From: Callorhinchus milii | Lineage: Eukaryota | Reading direction: 5' to 3' | DNA length: 64,000 bases | Assembly (NCBI RefSeq): GCF_018977255.1 | Contig: NW_024704742.1 | Span: forward strand, 9,922,001-9,986,000 | In this document: piece after piece, positions 40,196-53,555 of the stretch | How positions within the stretch are numbered: position 1 is the first letter of the stretch | How the letters are laid out: each line of letters begins with the position of its first letter | Translations under genes and position numbers: made by a program | Notes under the pieces: generated by a model | Told to the model about the DNA's origin: nothing | Database searches by the model: none | Seen by the model: the letters and a program-made list of their open reading frames with translations, nothing else

Positions 40196-40436
40196 AAAAC
40201 CTTTTTTTTCCCCCCATCTGCTGTCCTAAAGATGCTTTATTGTACTTCTGAGGTGCATTTCCACAGGCACCCAGCAGCTCAATCTCACCCTCACACACAG
40301 CCGTCAGGATGATGATGACAATAATAATAATCCTTGAAAAATGCAAAATACGGCAGATACTGGAAATCTGAAACAAAAAGAGAAGTCACTGGGAACACTC
40401 AGCAGGTCAGGCAGCATCTAAGGAGAAAGGAAAGTG

Positions 40437-40473
40437 AGTCAACGTTTCAGGTCCATGAACCTTCATCAGAACT
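40437..40473 (-). ncRNA. Minimal type I hammerhead ribozyme motif (Penelope-type)
   Basis: Minus strand reads AGUU CUGAUGA AGGU-UCAUGG-ACCU GAAA CGUU GACU: conserved core, 4-bp helix II, loopless palindromic helix III, 4-bp helix I. Confidence 0.65.
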
Positions 40474-40653
40474 GGGACATGTTGGGAGGAAAGGCTTTTA
40501 AGGACTAACAGAGAGGGGGGAGACAGGGCAAGGAAGACAAAGGAGAAAATGCCTACCTTGAAGAAGTTTTGCTCTTGTCTCACCATTTTCTCTTTTGTCT
40601 TTCTTGCCCTGCCTCCCACCCTCTGTTAGTCCTTAACTCTCCCAACGTGTCCT

Positions 40654-40690
40654 AGGTCTGACGAAGGTTTGTGGACCCGAAACGTTGACT
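40654..40690 (+). ncRNA. Degenerate hammerhead ribozyme motif (second arm)
   Basis: AGGU CUGACGA AGGU-UUGUGG-ACCC GAAA CGUU GACU, with mismatches in helices I and II. Confidence 0.45.
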
Positions 40691-40834
40691 CACTTTCCTT
40701 TCTCCATAGATGCTGCCTGACTTACTGAAAGTTCCCAGCAACTTCTGTTTTGTTCATAATAATCCTCACATTTGATATAGTGCCTTATCACGTTTTCAAA
40801 ACATCTCAAAGCACTTCACAGAATATACCGTAAA

Positions 40835-43330
40835 CAACAACAACAAAATTACATTTATAGAGCGCCTTTCACGTCGGGAGGATGTCCCAAAGCGCTGAGC
40901 AGTCAGGTGTCGGGGCCCGAGCATGGGGGAGGGGTGGGGTAGGGGTGAGCGAAGGCAGAGAGGTGGGAGGGCGACCAAAGGCACAGTCGAAAAGAAGTGT
41001 CTTGAGACCGGCCTTGAAGGAGGCAAGGGAGGAAGCGAGACTCTCTTCCCCCTCCTCGCTCCCTCCCTTCCCTCCCCTCACCCTGACCATTTCCTCCAAT
41101 GCTCGGGTCCTGACCCAACTGTGCAGCGCCGTGGGACGTCCTCCTGACGTGAAAGGCGCTTTATAAATGGAATCTTGTTGTTGTTGTTGAGGCGAAGGGA
41201 CCGTGCGATGGAGTTCCAGAGTGTGGGGGCAGAGAGGCTGAAAGCCCGGCCACCGATGATAGGGCGGGGACATGGAGCAGGCCAGAGCCCGCTGAATGGA
41301 GGGAGCAGGTAAGTTGGTAGGGAGTCAGCAGATCAGAGAAGTAGGAGGAGGCAAGGTCATAGATGGCCTTGAAAGTGACGATAAGGATCTTGAACTCGAT
41401 CCTCTGGGGGATGGGGAGCCAGTGGAGTTGGGCGAGGGTGGGAGTGATGGGGTCACGGAGTCTGGTGCGTGAGAGTACATGAGCTGCAGAGTTTTGGATG
41501 ATCTGCAGCTTGTGAAAGGAAGTGTTAGGAAGGCCAATGAGGAGGGAGTTCCCGTAATCGAGCCTTGATGTGATGAATGCGTGGGTGAGGTTTCGGCAGC
41601 CTGAGGGGTGAGGCAGTGTTGCGGAGTCTGGCAATGTTGCGGAGGTGGTGGTAGGCAGTGCCGGTCATGGCGCAGATGTGGGGGAGAAAGGACAGTTCAG
41701 GGTCAAACAAGATACCCAGGCTCCTGACTGGCCTCAATGAGGTTGAGTGTGCGGCCGTGGAGGCTGATGCTACCAGCGCCTGAGGTGCGGAAATACTGGC
41801 ACGAGCCAATCAAGAGGACCTCGGTCTTGCTGACATTGAGTTGGAGAAAGTTGTCCCTCGTCCAGGACTTGATGTCGGTCAGGACGCAGTAGTCCTGGAG
41901 TTGAGGGTGCAGGCAGAGAGATAGAGTTGGGTGTCATCCACATACATGTGGAAATTTACCCCATGTCTGTGGACGACGTCACCAAAGGGGAGCATGTAGA
42001 GGGTGAAGAGTAGGAGACCGAGGACAGAGCCCTGAGCAATGCCGCACGAGACAAAGCGGGGGCTGGAAGAGAAGCCATTTGCTATGACGAAATGGAGGCG
42101 GTGTGAAAGGTAGGACTTGAACCAGTCAAGGACAGAATCTTGAAGGTTGAGGTGGGAGGAGATGCGGTGGAGGAGGATTGAGTGATCCAGTGTCAAAGGC
42201 AGCGGAGAGATCGAGGAGGACGAGGAGGCAGAGGGACCTTGGTCACACATGGTCAGGATGTTGTTTGTGACCTTGACCAGAGCAATTTCCGTGCTGTGGG
42301 CAGCATGGAAACCCAATTGGAGGGGTTCATGGAGGGAATGGGAGGAGAGGAAAGAGTGAAGCTGGGAGGCAACGGCTCTCTCAAGGACTTTGTATAGGAA
42401 AGGGAGATTTGAGATGGGCCGGTAGCTAGATAGCTGTGATGGGTCGAGTGAAAGTTTCTTCAAGGTTGGGGTGATAGTGGCTGTTTTGTGGGGGTTAGGA
42501 ACAGTGCCAGATGACTGGGAGAGGTTGGTGATGTCAGCGAGTAGTGGGGCAAGGAAGTGGAGCTGGGATTTAAAGGAGAGGGGATGGGGTCCAGGGAGCA
42601 GATAGTAGGCTTCATGGAGAATATGGTGGTGAAGACAGAGGAGGGGTTGACAGGTTCAAAGGTGTGGAAGGAAGGATTGGTAATTGTCGGATGGGTAATT
42701 GTGTGGGTGGGGGTAGGGAGGGGTTGGATGTTGGGACGGCAGTGGCAACTGAGCGGATTCCCTCGATTTTGGACTTGAGTAAGTCCAGCATTTTTTCGCA
42801 GTGAGAGTCATAGGAAAGAATCTGAGAGGCGTGTCGGGGAGGGCGGAGGAGCCGGTTAGTGGTGGATAACAATAACAACAACAACATATCATTTATAGAG
42901 TACCTTTCACGTCGGGAGGACGTCCCAAGACGCTGGACAGTTGGGTCGGGACCCGAGCAGGGGGGAAATGGTCAGGGTGAGGAGAGGGAGCGAGGAGGGG
43001 GTAGAGAGTTGAGAGAGGAGCTGAAGGCACAGTTGAAGAAAACAGGAGCCTGGGATTGCCTTTCACTTCCAGGTTAACCTGGAATAGAAGGATGATTTGG
43101 CTGAGGCGAGAGCAAAGCAGTAGTTCTTGATGAGGTCCAGCCAGAAGTGGAGGTGGAACGTTAGGCCGGATTTGAGCCAAGTGCACCCGGCAGCCCGCAC
43201 CTGGCCCTTAAGCAAGCGAAGGTGGCTGGTGAACCAGGGTGAGGATCGGGAATAGGAGGCAGTTTGGGAGGTGAGGGGGGTAAGGGCATCAAGTGTAGTG
43301 GAGAGGGTGCTGTGGAGGAGGGTAAGTGCA
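40835..43330 (-). mobile_element. L2 LINE, 5'-truncated, degenerate ORF2 (RT), with two nested L2 3' ends (41040-41189 on +, ~42867-43037 on -)
   Basis: SYRPISNLPFLYKVLER, HSTEIALVKV, GIAQGSVLG, FHMYVDDTQLY, AFITSRLDYGNSLL, LHWLPIPQRIEFK; GTAAA flanking duplication. Confidence 0.95.
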
Positions 43331-43628
43331 GTAAAGTGGACTGTCTGTATATTTTGTGGGCGAAACGCGGCAGCCAATTGCGCACAGCAGTGTCCCACAG
43401 ACAGTCGTGGATTGAAGTGACCAATTTATTAGTGTTATGTTTTTGGAAGAAATTTTTATCTCTGAAAAAGCGATCCATGAATCGACTAACAACCAGACTC
43501 CTACTTACTGCTAGGTAAACAGAGGCGTTTGGAGTAAGAGAACTTAACCAACGTTTCGCCCTGCTAGGGAATCAAACTCAGGTCTCTCGCTTGCGAGGCA
43601 AATATTCTAACTACTGAGCTACAGGAGT
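43331..43628 (-). mobile_element. 5' part of a tRNA-SINE whose 3' part lies at 40756-40834
   Basis: The two halves join at GTAAA to restore the family sequence. Confidence 0.85.
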
Positions 43629-44104
43629 TTGCAGGAGGAACAGGAACTCAATTGAGATCAGCTAACTCAGCACCATGTCCAACTCCCAGGCCTGGGGGTC
43701 CAGGAAGTAATGAAATTCTCAGCCAAGATAAGACCCCAATTGGCCACATCATGTTGTTCTGACATTTGAAAAAAGCTCCCATTTACCAGCCTTTTCCCCC
43801 CATTCCCTTTAAAATTTCTCCCTTTTTAGACATCTCGCGAGTTCCCTCTTGAAAGCTAATATAAGTCCATTTAATAAAGTTAGCTCCCAATACCAAGCTT
43901 GTTCTGATTTCACATGGCTGAATGCGTTCTCCAGCATCCAGAGTAGTAAGAGACCCCCGGACCCCTAAAGTGCTGTGAGACGCTACCCCACATGAAGGGC
44001 ACAATATAAATGCAGGTTGTTATTGTTGAAAAACCTCCTCTCTCCCCTTTACCAGGACTCCCTCCCTTTATTAGACCCAGTCTAACAGAAAACTTTGGAG
44101 GAAA

Positions 44105-44458
44105 AATAATAATAATCCTTGCATTTGATATATCACGTCTTCGAGACGTCTCAAACGCTTCACAGAATATACTGTAAAGTGAATTAGCTGTATATCTCGT
44201 GGGCGAAATGTGGCAGCCAATTGCACACAGCAGTGTCCCACAAACAGTCGTGGATTGAGTGACTAATCTTTTTTTAAGGGATTATTACCCCCGGAAAAGC
44301 GATCCGCCAATTGCCTAACAACTGAGTTCCTACTACCGCTAGGCAAACAGAGGTGTGTGGAGTAAGGAAACTTGCCTAACGTTTCGGCCTGTCTGGAAAT
44401 CGAAACCATGTCTCTCGTTTGCGAGGCGAGCGCTCTAACCACTGAGCTACAGGACTCC
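44105..44458 (-). mobile_element. tRNA-derived SINE, full length
   Basis: Reverse complement of the family sequence. Confidence 0.9.
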
Positions 44459-44599
44459 AATAGGCAACGTCGAGCACATGTGCACAACCACAACCTCCCA
44501 GAGGTCAGTTACAGTATTACTTGAGCACTGGCGGCTGATCATAGGCATGAACTCTGTTTCGAATTATACTGTATCTTAGTTTGTGTGCGTGTGTGTGTG

Positions 44600-45480
44600 G
44601 TGGGTGGGTATGTATACGTGATCGAGTCGTGTTATACTCTTGTGTGTGAACACGTCGTTCTGTATGGTGTATGTGAACATATGTGTGTGTCTTTGAGGAA
44701 AGGGGAAAGATATAGGAATTAAGAGGAGGATACATTGGTCTTATCAAATAAAAACATTGGTATACAAATAAATATCCCTCTTGTCCCTCATCCCTCCAAG
44801 ATACCAGAAGATGAGGAGGACCATCAAACATGTAACGCAATGGGTGGACCTATTTTAAAACAACAGGCTGCCGAGCAAAGTCACTGACATTCATAACGAC
44901 TCCTTGTGAACAAATCGATCACTTCCAATGGGTCTGATGTAGCTGCCTGCAGATCACTGCCCAATATCATACATACATAAGATTCAGCTTTCAGTGCATT
45001 GCCCTGAATACCTCCTCCGCATATTCCTCCAAGAGCCACACAGCCCCACCCACACAATGCTTTCAAACCTCCCACTACCCTCTGTCAGCAAGTGCGTTCC
45101 ACCATAAGTGAGACAAGACAAAGGGGAGAAGGTGGGCAAATACCGTTTGACCCTTTACAGTGGGAAACCTGATCATACAGGGCAAATTCTGTTATAAACA
45201 AGAACCCAAACGTTTAATGGGTCAGGAGAGGGGAAAACATTGTTCTGTCATAATCACTGGCATGCTGTCCCACAACACTGTTTGTGATCTGAACAGTAGC
45301 ATCCTGATTGCCAAGTATAGCAACGGTAACGTCGCTCTTATTTCTGGAACCATCAACCGTGTTTGACGTGCATGTTTGGTGCAAATCTTACTCTGTGAGG
45401 TGCAAAATGGCAATGCCTGGCGAAGCTTTACGGAATCGCGTTGCAATAGCACACACCTTATCCTCTGCTGTGCGCCATTC
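44600..45480 (-). mobile_element. Probable heavily decayed PIF/Harbinger transposase fossil
   Basis: Colinear remnants across frames: PEIRATLPLLYLA..FRS, VIMTEQC, LPCMIRFPT, VVGGLKALCGWGC, LQAATSDPLEVIDLFT, YLIRPMYPPL, EYNTTRSR. Confidence 0.5.
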
Positions 45481-46066
45481 ATATATGTGACACCACCTTG
45501 TTTTGTGTTGTTAGTGTGTTATTTGCGACATATACTTTGTGCTGTATTGTGTGTTAGTTGTCAGCCACGACATGCCTTGGTGTCCTATGGCACGTTACTT
45601 GTCATCCATCCATGACACACACATCACATCCTATGTTGCAAGTTTGTTATCGTCAAGCATGTTTGCATCACCCCAGTTAGGTACCAGGTTTATTTTAGGC
45701 TCATCACTGGACATGGTAACCTTTATGCTATGTCTTTATCAGGTGAAATCTCAACATAAAGAAACAATAAAAAGATTTTTCAGTACTTTTAGCCAACTGT
45801 GGCGGATAGACCCCAATATCGCCAGGGGAGGGGGTGCTGGGAATTGCTTTCACTGAAATCACCACAATATATCACAAACAACAACTTGCATTTATACAGC
45901 GCTCCTCACGCAAGGTAGCGTCCCAGAGCGCTTGACAGTGGTGGAAGCACAAAGCCAATTGTGGACGATTGACCTCAATATTGCCTGACCTGTCGTGTTA
46001 CTGTCTTCCTGACTCTAGCTCATTGTTGTGTGATGTCCCTAGTGATGAGTGAAAAGACAACTACTC

Positions 46067-46389
46067 GTGGAGTCCTGTAGCTCAGTGGTTAGAGCACTCG
46101 CTTTGCAAGTGAGAGACCTGAGTTCAATTCCAGGCAGAGGGCGAAACCTTGGGCAAGTTTCCTTACTCCACACGCCTAATAATAATCCCTCCAAAACCAA
46201 AAACAATAATAAATTGGTCATTTTCAATCTATGACTGTTTGTGGGACATTGCTGTGCGCAATTTGGCTGCCGCGTTCGCCCACAAATATACAGTCAATTC
46301 ACTTTACAGTGTGTTCTGTGAAGCGCTTTGGGACGTCCTCCCGAAGTGAAAAGCGCTATATCAAATGCAAGGATTATTATTATTATTAC
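46067..46389 (+). mobile_element. tRNA-derived SINE, short variant
   Basis: Lacks the central segment; tail GGGACGTCCTCCCGAAGTGAAA is L2-like. Confidence 0.88.
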
Positions 46390-46656
46390 TCCCTCCCACT
46401 ATGTGTAAAGCTGTAACAGGTAAACAGATTGCAAGGATCACCTAAAGGATCAAGTTTAAGGATTAGCGTCTCCCTGGACAAGTATTAGCCCTCTGTTTGC
46501 AGACGCACAAAGCAACCAAAGCGATCCATGGCATCAGTTTAATATAAAGTGGCTTCTTTGCGTTTCATGATAACGGTCATTTCCAACAGCGATTTGAAGG
46601 CACTGACCAAGGCAATTAATTCCTTAACACTCCTAAGCTACGAGGAAGAAAGACTA

Positions 46657-47151
<495 letters not shown>

Positions 47152-47249
47152 TTACGACGATGACCAAACAGATGGCCAGCCCTTCAAATACACCCAACAA
47201 TTTGTGCCAGCAGCAAATACTTGTGACACATTCCTTGTCCACGACAGCT

Positions 47250-47520
47250 TCAACAACAACACATTCCACTTGTATAGCATCTTTCACGTCAGGAGGATGT
47301 CCCAAAGTGCTGGACAGTGAGGAATCCACATCCAAGCTGGTGGTTGGGATTAGGAGGGGTGGAGGGCGGGGAGTGTAGGGGTAGGAGGGCCACAGAAGGC
47401 TTGGTCGAAGAGGAGGGTCTTGAGATGGGTCTGGAAGGAGACAAGGGAGGGGGGGTGAGGAGGAGGGACGGTGGGATGGAGTTCCAGAGGGTGGGGGCAG
47501 AGAGGCTGAAGGCCCGCCCT
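47250..47520 (-). mobile_element. L2 3' fragment
   Basis: Reverse complement of the L2 3' end. Confidence 0.8.
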
Positions 47521-47989
47521 CAGTCCACCCATCGTTAGATGTCACAGCAAAGGTTCTATGGATCTGAATGCTGCTGTCTAGACAGAACATTACCACCTGC
47601 TTATTCTCTGCTAACCCTCCACACTTACTCACATCAGTAACATTTATATCATGACAAAGGCACTGGAGTTAAGAGATCCATAGCAAAGAAACAAAAAACT
47701 TCTATCTCACGACCTTAAGAGGTTTCACATCGAAGTCGCAGCCATCCTACAGCACTGCTAAACGACTGAAACACACCCTGATTTCCTGCTCCTAGCAAAT
47801 CTATCCACCTTAATCTTGAATCTATCGATATCACGGCCAAAACAGGTCAGAGAAACTTCACACAAGGCAACCAAACACCAGAGACCCCAAATTCCACCCG
47901 GTCTTCGCCCATCAGACCATTTTATCTAAAAAATTAAGATTGCGCAGAAATGTGGGATTTCTTAAATTCAGCCTTAATTCATCAGAAAA

Positions 47990-48432
47990 TAAGAACATAA
48001 GAAATGCTAAATGAAAAAAAGACCAAGGTCCAATCTAGTTTGCCTCCCACCTTCCTGGTGGTCGTGAACTACCTATGCACCCATCATCTTATTTCCTAAA
48101 AGAAAACTATCTAATCTGTGTTTGAAAGAATCATCATTTCCTGCTTCAACTGTCTCCCTAGAGAGCCTGTTCCGCAGGTTTACTATTCACTCACCGAAGT
48201 AGTGTTTCCTTAGATTTGTTTTGAATTTACCCCTCTTCAATCGCAGGCCTTCATAGAATCATACAGCACAGAAGGAGGCCATTCGGCCCACCATGTCTGT
48301 GCCAGCTCTTCGAAAAAAGCTTTTCAAAATCAATCCCTCTTCCCCGCTCTCTCCCCATAGCCCTGCAAACTTTTCCTCCCCAAATAATTATCTACTTCTC
48401 TCTTAAAAGTTATTATTGAATCGGCTTCTACC
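47990..48432 (-). mobile_element. Two adjacent CR1 3' fragments
   Basis: (AAGAACAT/AAGAAAT) and CATAGAATCATACAGCACAGAAGGAGGCCATTCGGCCC tails. Confidence 0.7.
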
Positions 48433-49739
48433 ACTCAATGGGGATCAGAAGCAAGGAGAAGCCTGGCTCAAGTTTCTCCTTCCCAGACCAGTAACTGTGA
48501 AGGATATTGTAGTGACTCCCCCTCTGGGATGTCAGCTAACCCAATCAGTCACCCGATGTTCTGAATCTCTGAGAACCACACCACGGGGCAGATCTAATCA
48601 ATTGGGAAAAGGGGGTAGGGGGTGCTTTGTAAAGGACTGTTACCAACAGCAGCTCCCCCACCCCCACCTCGCACACCATGAATGACTCATCTCATCCACA
48701 TCGTTCTCCATACAGCACTTACTGGGTGATAACAACCTAAGCAATCAGGCTATCTGAGATATTACACAACAACTTGCATTTATATAGCCCCCGTCAGGCA
48801 GGGTAGAGTCCCAGAGCATCCTTATAAGCTTTCTGGTCAGGAAATGTCAGACACTGCCTGCACTCCTACAGTGTAATGGAAATATCAGCTGACTGACTGA
48901 CTAACATTTGGCAGATCTGCAATTCAGATTTTTTGAATGACTCACCCACATTTCTATCCCCGTTCCCCCCCACCCCGCCCCCCCCTCACCCCGTCCCCCA
49001 CCGTTGTCCTCTCTCCTACAGGTGGCCACATCCTTTCTCCAGCTATAATTTCAAAGGTTATGTAGCGCTCAATAGAAACTTGGGGATGGATTGCCATTCT
49101 TCTTTTGAATCTCGGTGGATAGGCAAGTGTACAACAACAACAAACTACAATTGTATAGCACCCTTCACATTGGAAAGACGTCCTAGGAGGCTAGGACCAC
49201 TGGGATAGGCTGGATCAATTCTTTGGAATGCACCAAGGTAGTAGAATATGGACACACACACTTCAGAAAGGGTCTCAATCTAGTTTTTGCCTTAAATGAA
49301 TAGTTCCAACAATTCAAGATTATTTAAGAATTCTGCAAACAACCTGTTAAAACTCAATTTTAATTACAGAAGAGCACTGTATAAATGCAAGTTGATTTTC
49401 CGCAGTTCTTGGAAAAAGAATCGGCTTCCCAATTGGGAGTGAATTTTAGAATCCTGTACAATTCTGTGCTGCCTTAAAGACTGAAGGGACCAGCATGGAG
49501 AAAAAGGAAACAAAATCACCTCCGGGGGCAAAGTATTGTTCAGATACAGTAACCATGTAGGTGGAATACTTTTAACCCTCAGGGAAATCAAGTATATTCA
49601 ACCCTTCCCTCCACAGCTAACATTCCCTAGTCAAGTAGAATAGAAATAACTGTATCCAGTGCAATAATTGCTATATTAGCCTGAGATGAACATTAGGAAT
49701 ACGGTATAAAGGAATATTCTTACGCACTGCATTGTTGAG

Positions 49740-50130
49740 TTTACAAGGCTGAGGGGTGATCTGATTGAGGTTTTTAAAATAATAAAGTGATTTGATAGGG
49801 TAAATACAGAGAAACTATTTCCTCTGGTGGGGGAATCCAGAACAAGGCGTTGTTAGCTTAAAATTAGAGCTAGGCCACTTAGGAGTGAAATTTGGAGGTG
49901 GTTTTTCGCCCAAAGGGTAGTGGAAATCTGGAACTCTCTCCTCCAAAAGGCTGTGGATGTTGGATCCATTCACATCTTCAAAACTGAGGTGGGTAGATAT
50001 TTGTTAGGTCAGGGTATTCAGGGATACAGGGCAAGGAAGGGTAATTGGACTTGAGGCACAGATCAGCCATGATCTATAGAATGGCGGAACAGACTCGAGG
50101 GGCTGAATGGCCTCCTCCTGTTTCTGTTGT
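49740..50130 (+). mobile_element. CR1 3' fragment
   Basis: AGGCTGAGGGGTGATCTGATTGAGG (RLRGDLIE) through GGCTGAATGGCCTCCTCCTG. Confidence 0.88.
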
Positions 50131-52779
50131 TCTCAATGCAACAGCACTGAGATTTCCATCATTTTACTTGATCTTGAATTAAACACAATACGTCAGTTTG
50201 CTGGCTGAATCCAGGTTGAATTTGTGGCCTATGGTCTTCCTGACTATCTTGGTGGGATTTTCGGGGTCTGTATTGTCGGTTAGAGACTGACTTAGGAGTA
50301 AAGTTCCAGTGTCAGACTCTCCCTGTGACCTCACATCACACAATATTACAAAATTGTTTTGGGTGAACGAGGCCATTTGGCCCATCTGATCTTGTCCCTT
50401 GCCGTAACCCCCATTACAACATCAATTCCCGGGCAGGGCAAAATGTTGGGCAAGTTTCCTTATTCCACACGCCTCTGTTTACCTAGCAGTAAAATAGGAA
50501 CTCGGTTGTTAGTCGATTGGCAGATCGCATTTCCGGGGATAATAATCCCTAAAAAAAAATGTGGTCACTAAATTCACAACTGTTTGTGGGACACTGCTGT
50601 GGACAACTGGCTGCCTCGTTTCGCTCAGACATATACAGTCAATTCACTTTACAGTATATTCTGTGAAGCGCTTTGAGACATCTAGAAGACGTGAAAAGCG
50701 CCATATCAAATGGAAGGATTATTAGTATTATTATGAACTGCTTTTTAACTGAGTCCATACAATCTGCACCGGGATAGTCCAGTCTTACCGTCCAATTGTA
50801 CCAATAGTAGACACACACGGGTCAATTTCACAGCCATTCTTAATGTGGATTAAAATAAACTAAAGCTGAACAAGTCTCAGCATCACGTAGACAACATGCA
50901 CTACACACAGTCAAGCTCACACTTCTGCCTTTTCTGCATTCACTCGCTGTGTGATTGCAAGCATCATACTGTCAAACAAGCTCCGGTACTGTACACTATT
51001 AGTAATAACACACCTGCCTGATCTTCTGAATTTTGTAAAATAAAAAAGGTCCTTTCGTCAACTGCGTTCAAAGCTGATCCCAGACTGGCAACTATTGCAT
51101 GGTTCAACTCACTGCAGAACACTGCCTCTTCCCCTAAGCCTTCTAATCAGTTCCAGCTAACAGTGCAGAACAAATAATACTGTAGTTTAAATTTAGTATT
51201 TAACCTTCTACCCTCAAATAGCAAATCTTGCCTTCAAATTTCTATCTCTTCAGAGCACTTTGAGATAAAGGGAAGTCTTGCTCTGAGGAGCAAAGACAAA
51301 ACAAGTCTGTCTGCAGATCTGGAAACGGGATGGTTTTATGTAAGATGAGGTACCTTTCTATCCATTGGAAAAGTCACCATTTTCCACAGCTCGATCATTT
51401 TGGACACCTGGCTTGGCAAGAGAAGGAGCTTTAGAGAAGGGACTGGCTTTATAATAAGAATAATAATCCTTGCATTTAATATAGCGCCTTATCACATCTT
51501 TGATAAGTCTCAAAGCGCTTCACAGGATATACTGTAAAGTGGATTGACTGTATTTTATAAGCAAAACGAGGCAGCCAGTTGCACCCAGCAGTGTCCCACA
51601 AGCAGCGTGGATTAAGTGATCAAACTATTATTATACATTTATTTTTGGAAGGGAATATTACCCCCGGAAAGCGATTGGCCAATCGGCTAACAACCGGGTT
51701 CCTACTAACTGCTAAATGTTGCCCAACGTTTCCCTCTGCCTGGGAATCAAACCCAGATCCTCTCACTTGCAAAGCAAGTGCTCTAACCATTAAAGGGTTC
51801 AGGAAGGGTCAAAGGAAATAAAGCAAAAGAGAGGCTGAAACAGAAGCATGACAGAACAGTAATGACTACCTCCACAGTAACTGATGACAGGCCATTGAGT
51901 GAAAGACGTGTAGCCCCAACATTCAGTCAACCTGCCTATCCTAAGTGCTCCAGTGGAGTGAATATAGTGTTACATAACTCCAATCAGAGATGCTAGTCAA
52001 AATGTCTCAGAAATCAGCAGCAGCTCCACAAGGGACATAGCAGGCCTGACATGGATGGGTTTTTGCTGGAAAGTTGAGGGCATCTGTCAGACAGGGTAAA
52101 AAATCCTATAATGTCACTGAGTGGTTTGCAGATTCTAAGCTCATACCTTGTCTGTTTAAGATCCAATGTTATTAATGCCAGCTGCTGCATTCATAACATT
52201 TTAGCAAAATTCCAGTGATTTTTAACCTGCTCCTTGTGTTAAATAGCTCATATATTCTGAATATTAATTGCAGATTGTGTTACTATAGGTACAAAGCACC
52301 TTTGTCCGACTCTCCTGCTATATACAGACAGAACAGCATTATTTCCTGTTACTTTACACTCTCTAAAGACCACATTTCTTATTACAGTACACACAAGGCA
52401 TATTCTCTATGAAGGTTTTAGTTACATGTGTATTCTGAGCTTCTATATCCAGAGTGAAATGGTGATTTTCCATTATTATTAATACCACACGGCTGACAAA
52501 CCTACCATATCAAAAGCTGGTCTGTTACTACAATAGATGACATGATGGGATTTTTCTTACAGTACATATGAAAACAAGTAATTCCCCATTACGATATACT
52601 GAGCATACAGATCATCAACTGCCATCACTGTATGTACATACACATCACCAGCTTCTGTGACTATACATACAGATTACCAGCTCATGTCACCATATATACA
52701 CAACCCTCCCTGCCTATCACTGTACATAAAACAAAATGTAATCTATTTCTACATATAAAGTGCAGCATGTCTGCTTCCA

Positions 52780-53510
52780 ATGGCTCAATGGTAGCACTCT
52801 CGCCTCTAAGGCTGTGAATTCAAGACTTAGAATCACACAGTCTAAGCTGACACTCCAATCTAGCGCTGGGGGTGGGGTTTTATTGTCGCAGATGAGACCT
52901 TAAACTGAGGTCCCATCTACCTGTTCAGGTGGACAACAAAGATAATAATAATAATAATCCTTGCATTTCCAAACGTCTCAAAGCGCTTCACAGAATATAT
53001 TGTAAAGTGAATTTACTGTATATTTTGTGGGTGAAACGTTGCAGTCAATTACACACTGCAGAATCCCACAAACAGTGGATTGAAGTGACCAATTTATTAT
53101 TGTGCTTTTTTTTCTCTCGAGGGATTATTATCAGGAAACTTGCCGAAGGTTTCACCCTACTGGGAATCAAACCCAGGTCTCTCGCTTGCGAGGCAAGTTC
53201 TCTCACCACTGAGCTGCAGGACTCCACTATTGATTGGAAGATACAAAGGGAATCCATCCCAAAGATGAATTTATATCAGTATTCTGGATTTATGAGATCC
53301 CAAGACCTATTCCAAAAGAGAAGGGTGTTCCTTTTAGTTCCTCCTGGCCAACAATCCCTCACATAAAAATTGATCCATCACTCCATGGATGAAGTGTCCG
53401 TGAGACATTGATGTGCACAACTGGCTGCCACATTTCCACAAAATACAGTGAAAACCATTTTACAGTATGTGAAGAACTTTGAGCCGTCTCGACAATATGT
53501 TAAGGCACTT
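52780..53510 (+). mobile_element. DeuSINE interrupted by a minus-strand tRNA-SINE (52943-53227)
   Basis: Deu core ends at CAGGTGGAC (52933) and resumes near AGATCCCA (53295). Confidence 0.65.
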
Positions 53511-53555
53511 TATGGACAGAGTGAGTGACGTGGCAAAATGCATCTCTTTGACAGT

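Larger units (their letters stand above)
40337..40755. mobile_element. Penelope-like element-derived inverted repeat (foldback)
   Basis: Arms 40370-40551 and 40584-40755 are imperfect reverse complements. The sequence resembles shark Penelope terminal repeats (GGAAATCTGAAA...CTCAGCAGGTCAGGCAGCATC). Flanking direct repeat ATAATAATCCT. Confidence 0.75.
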
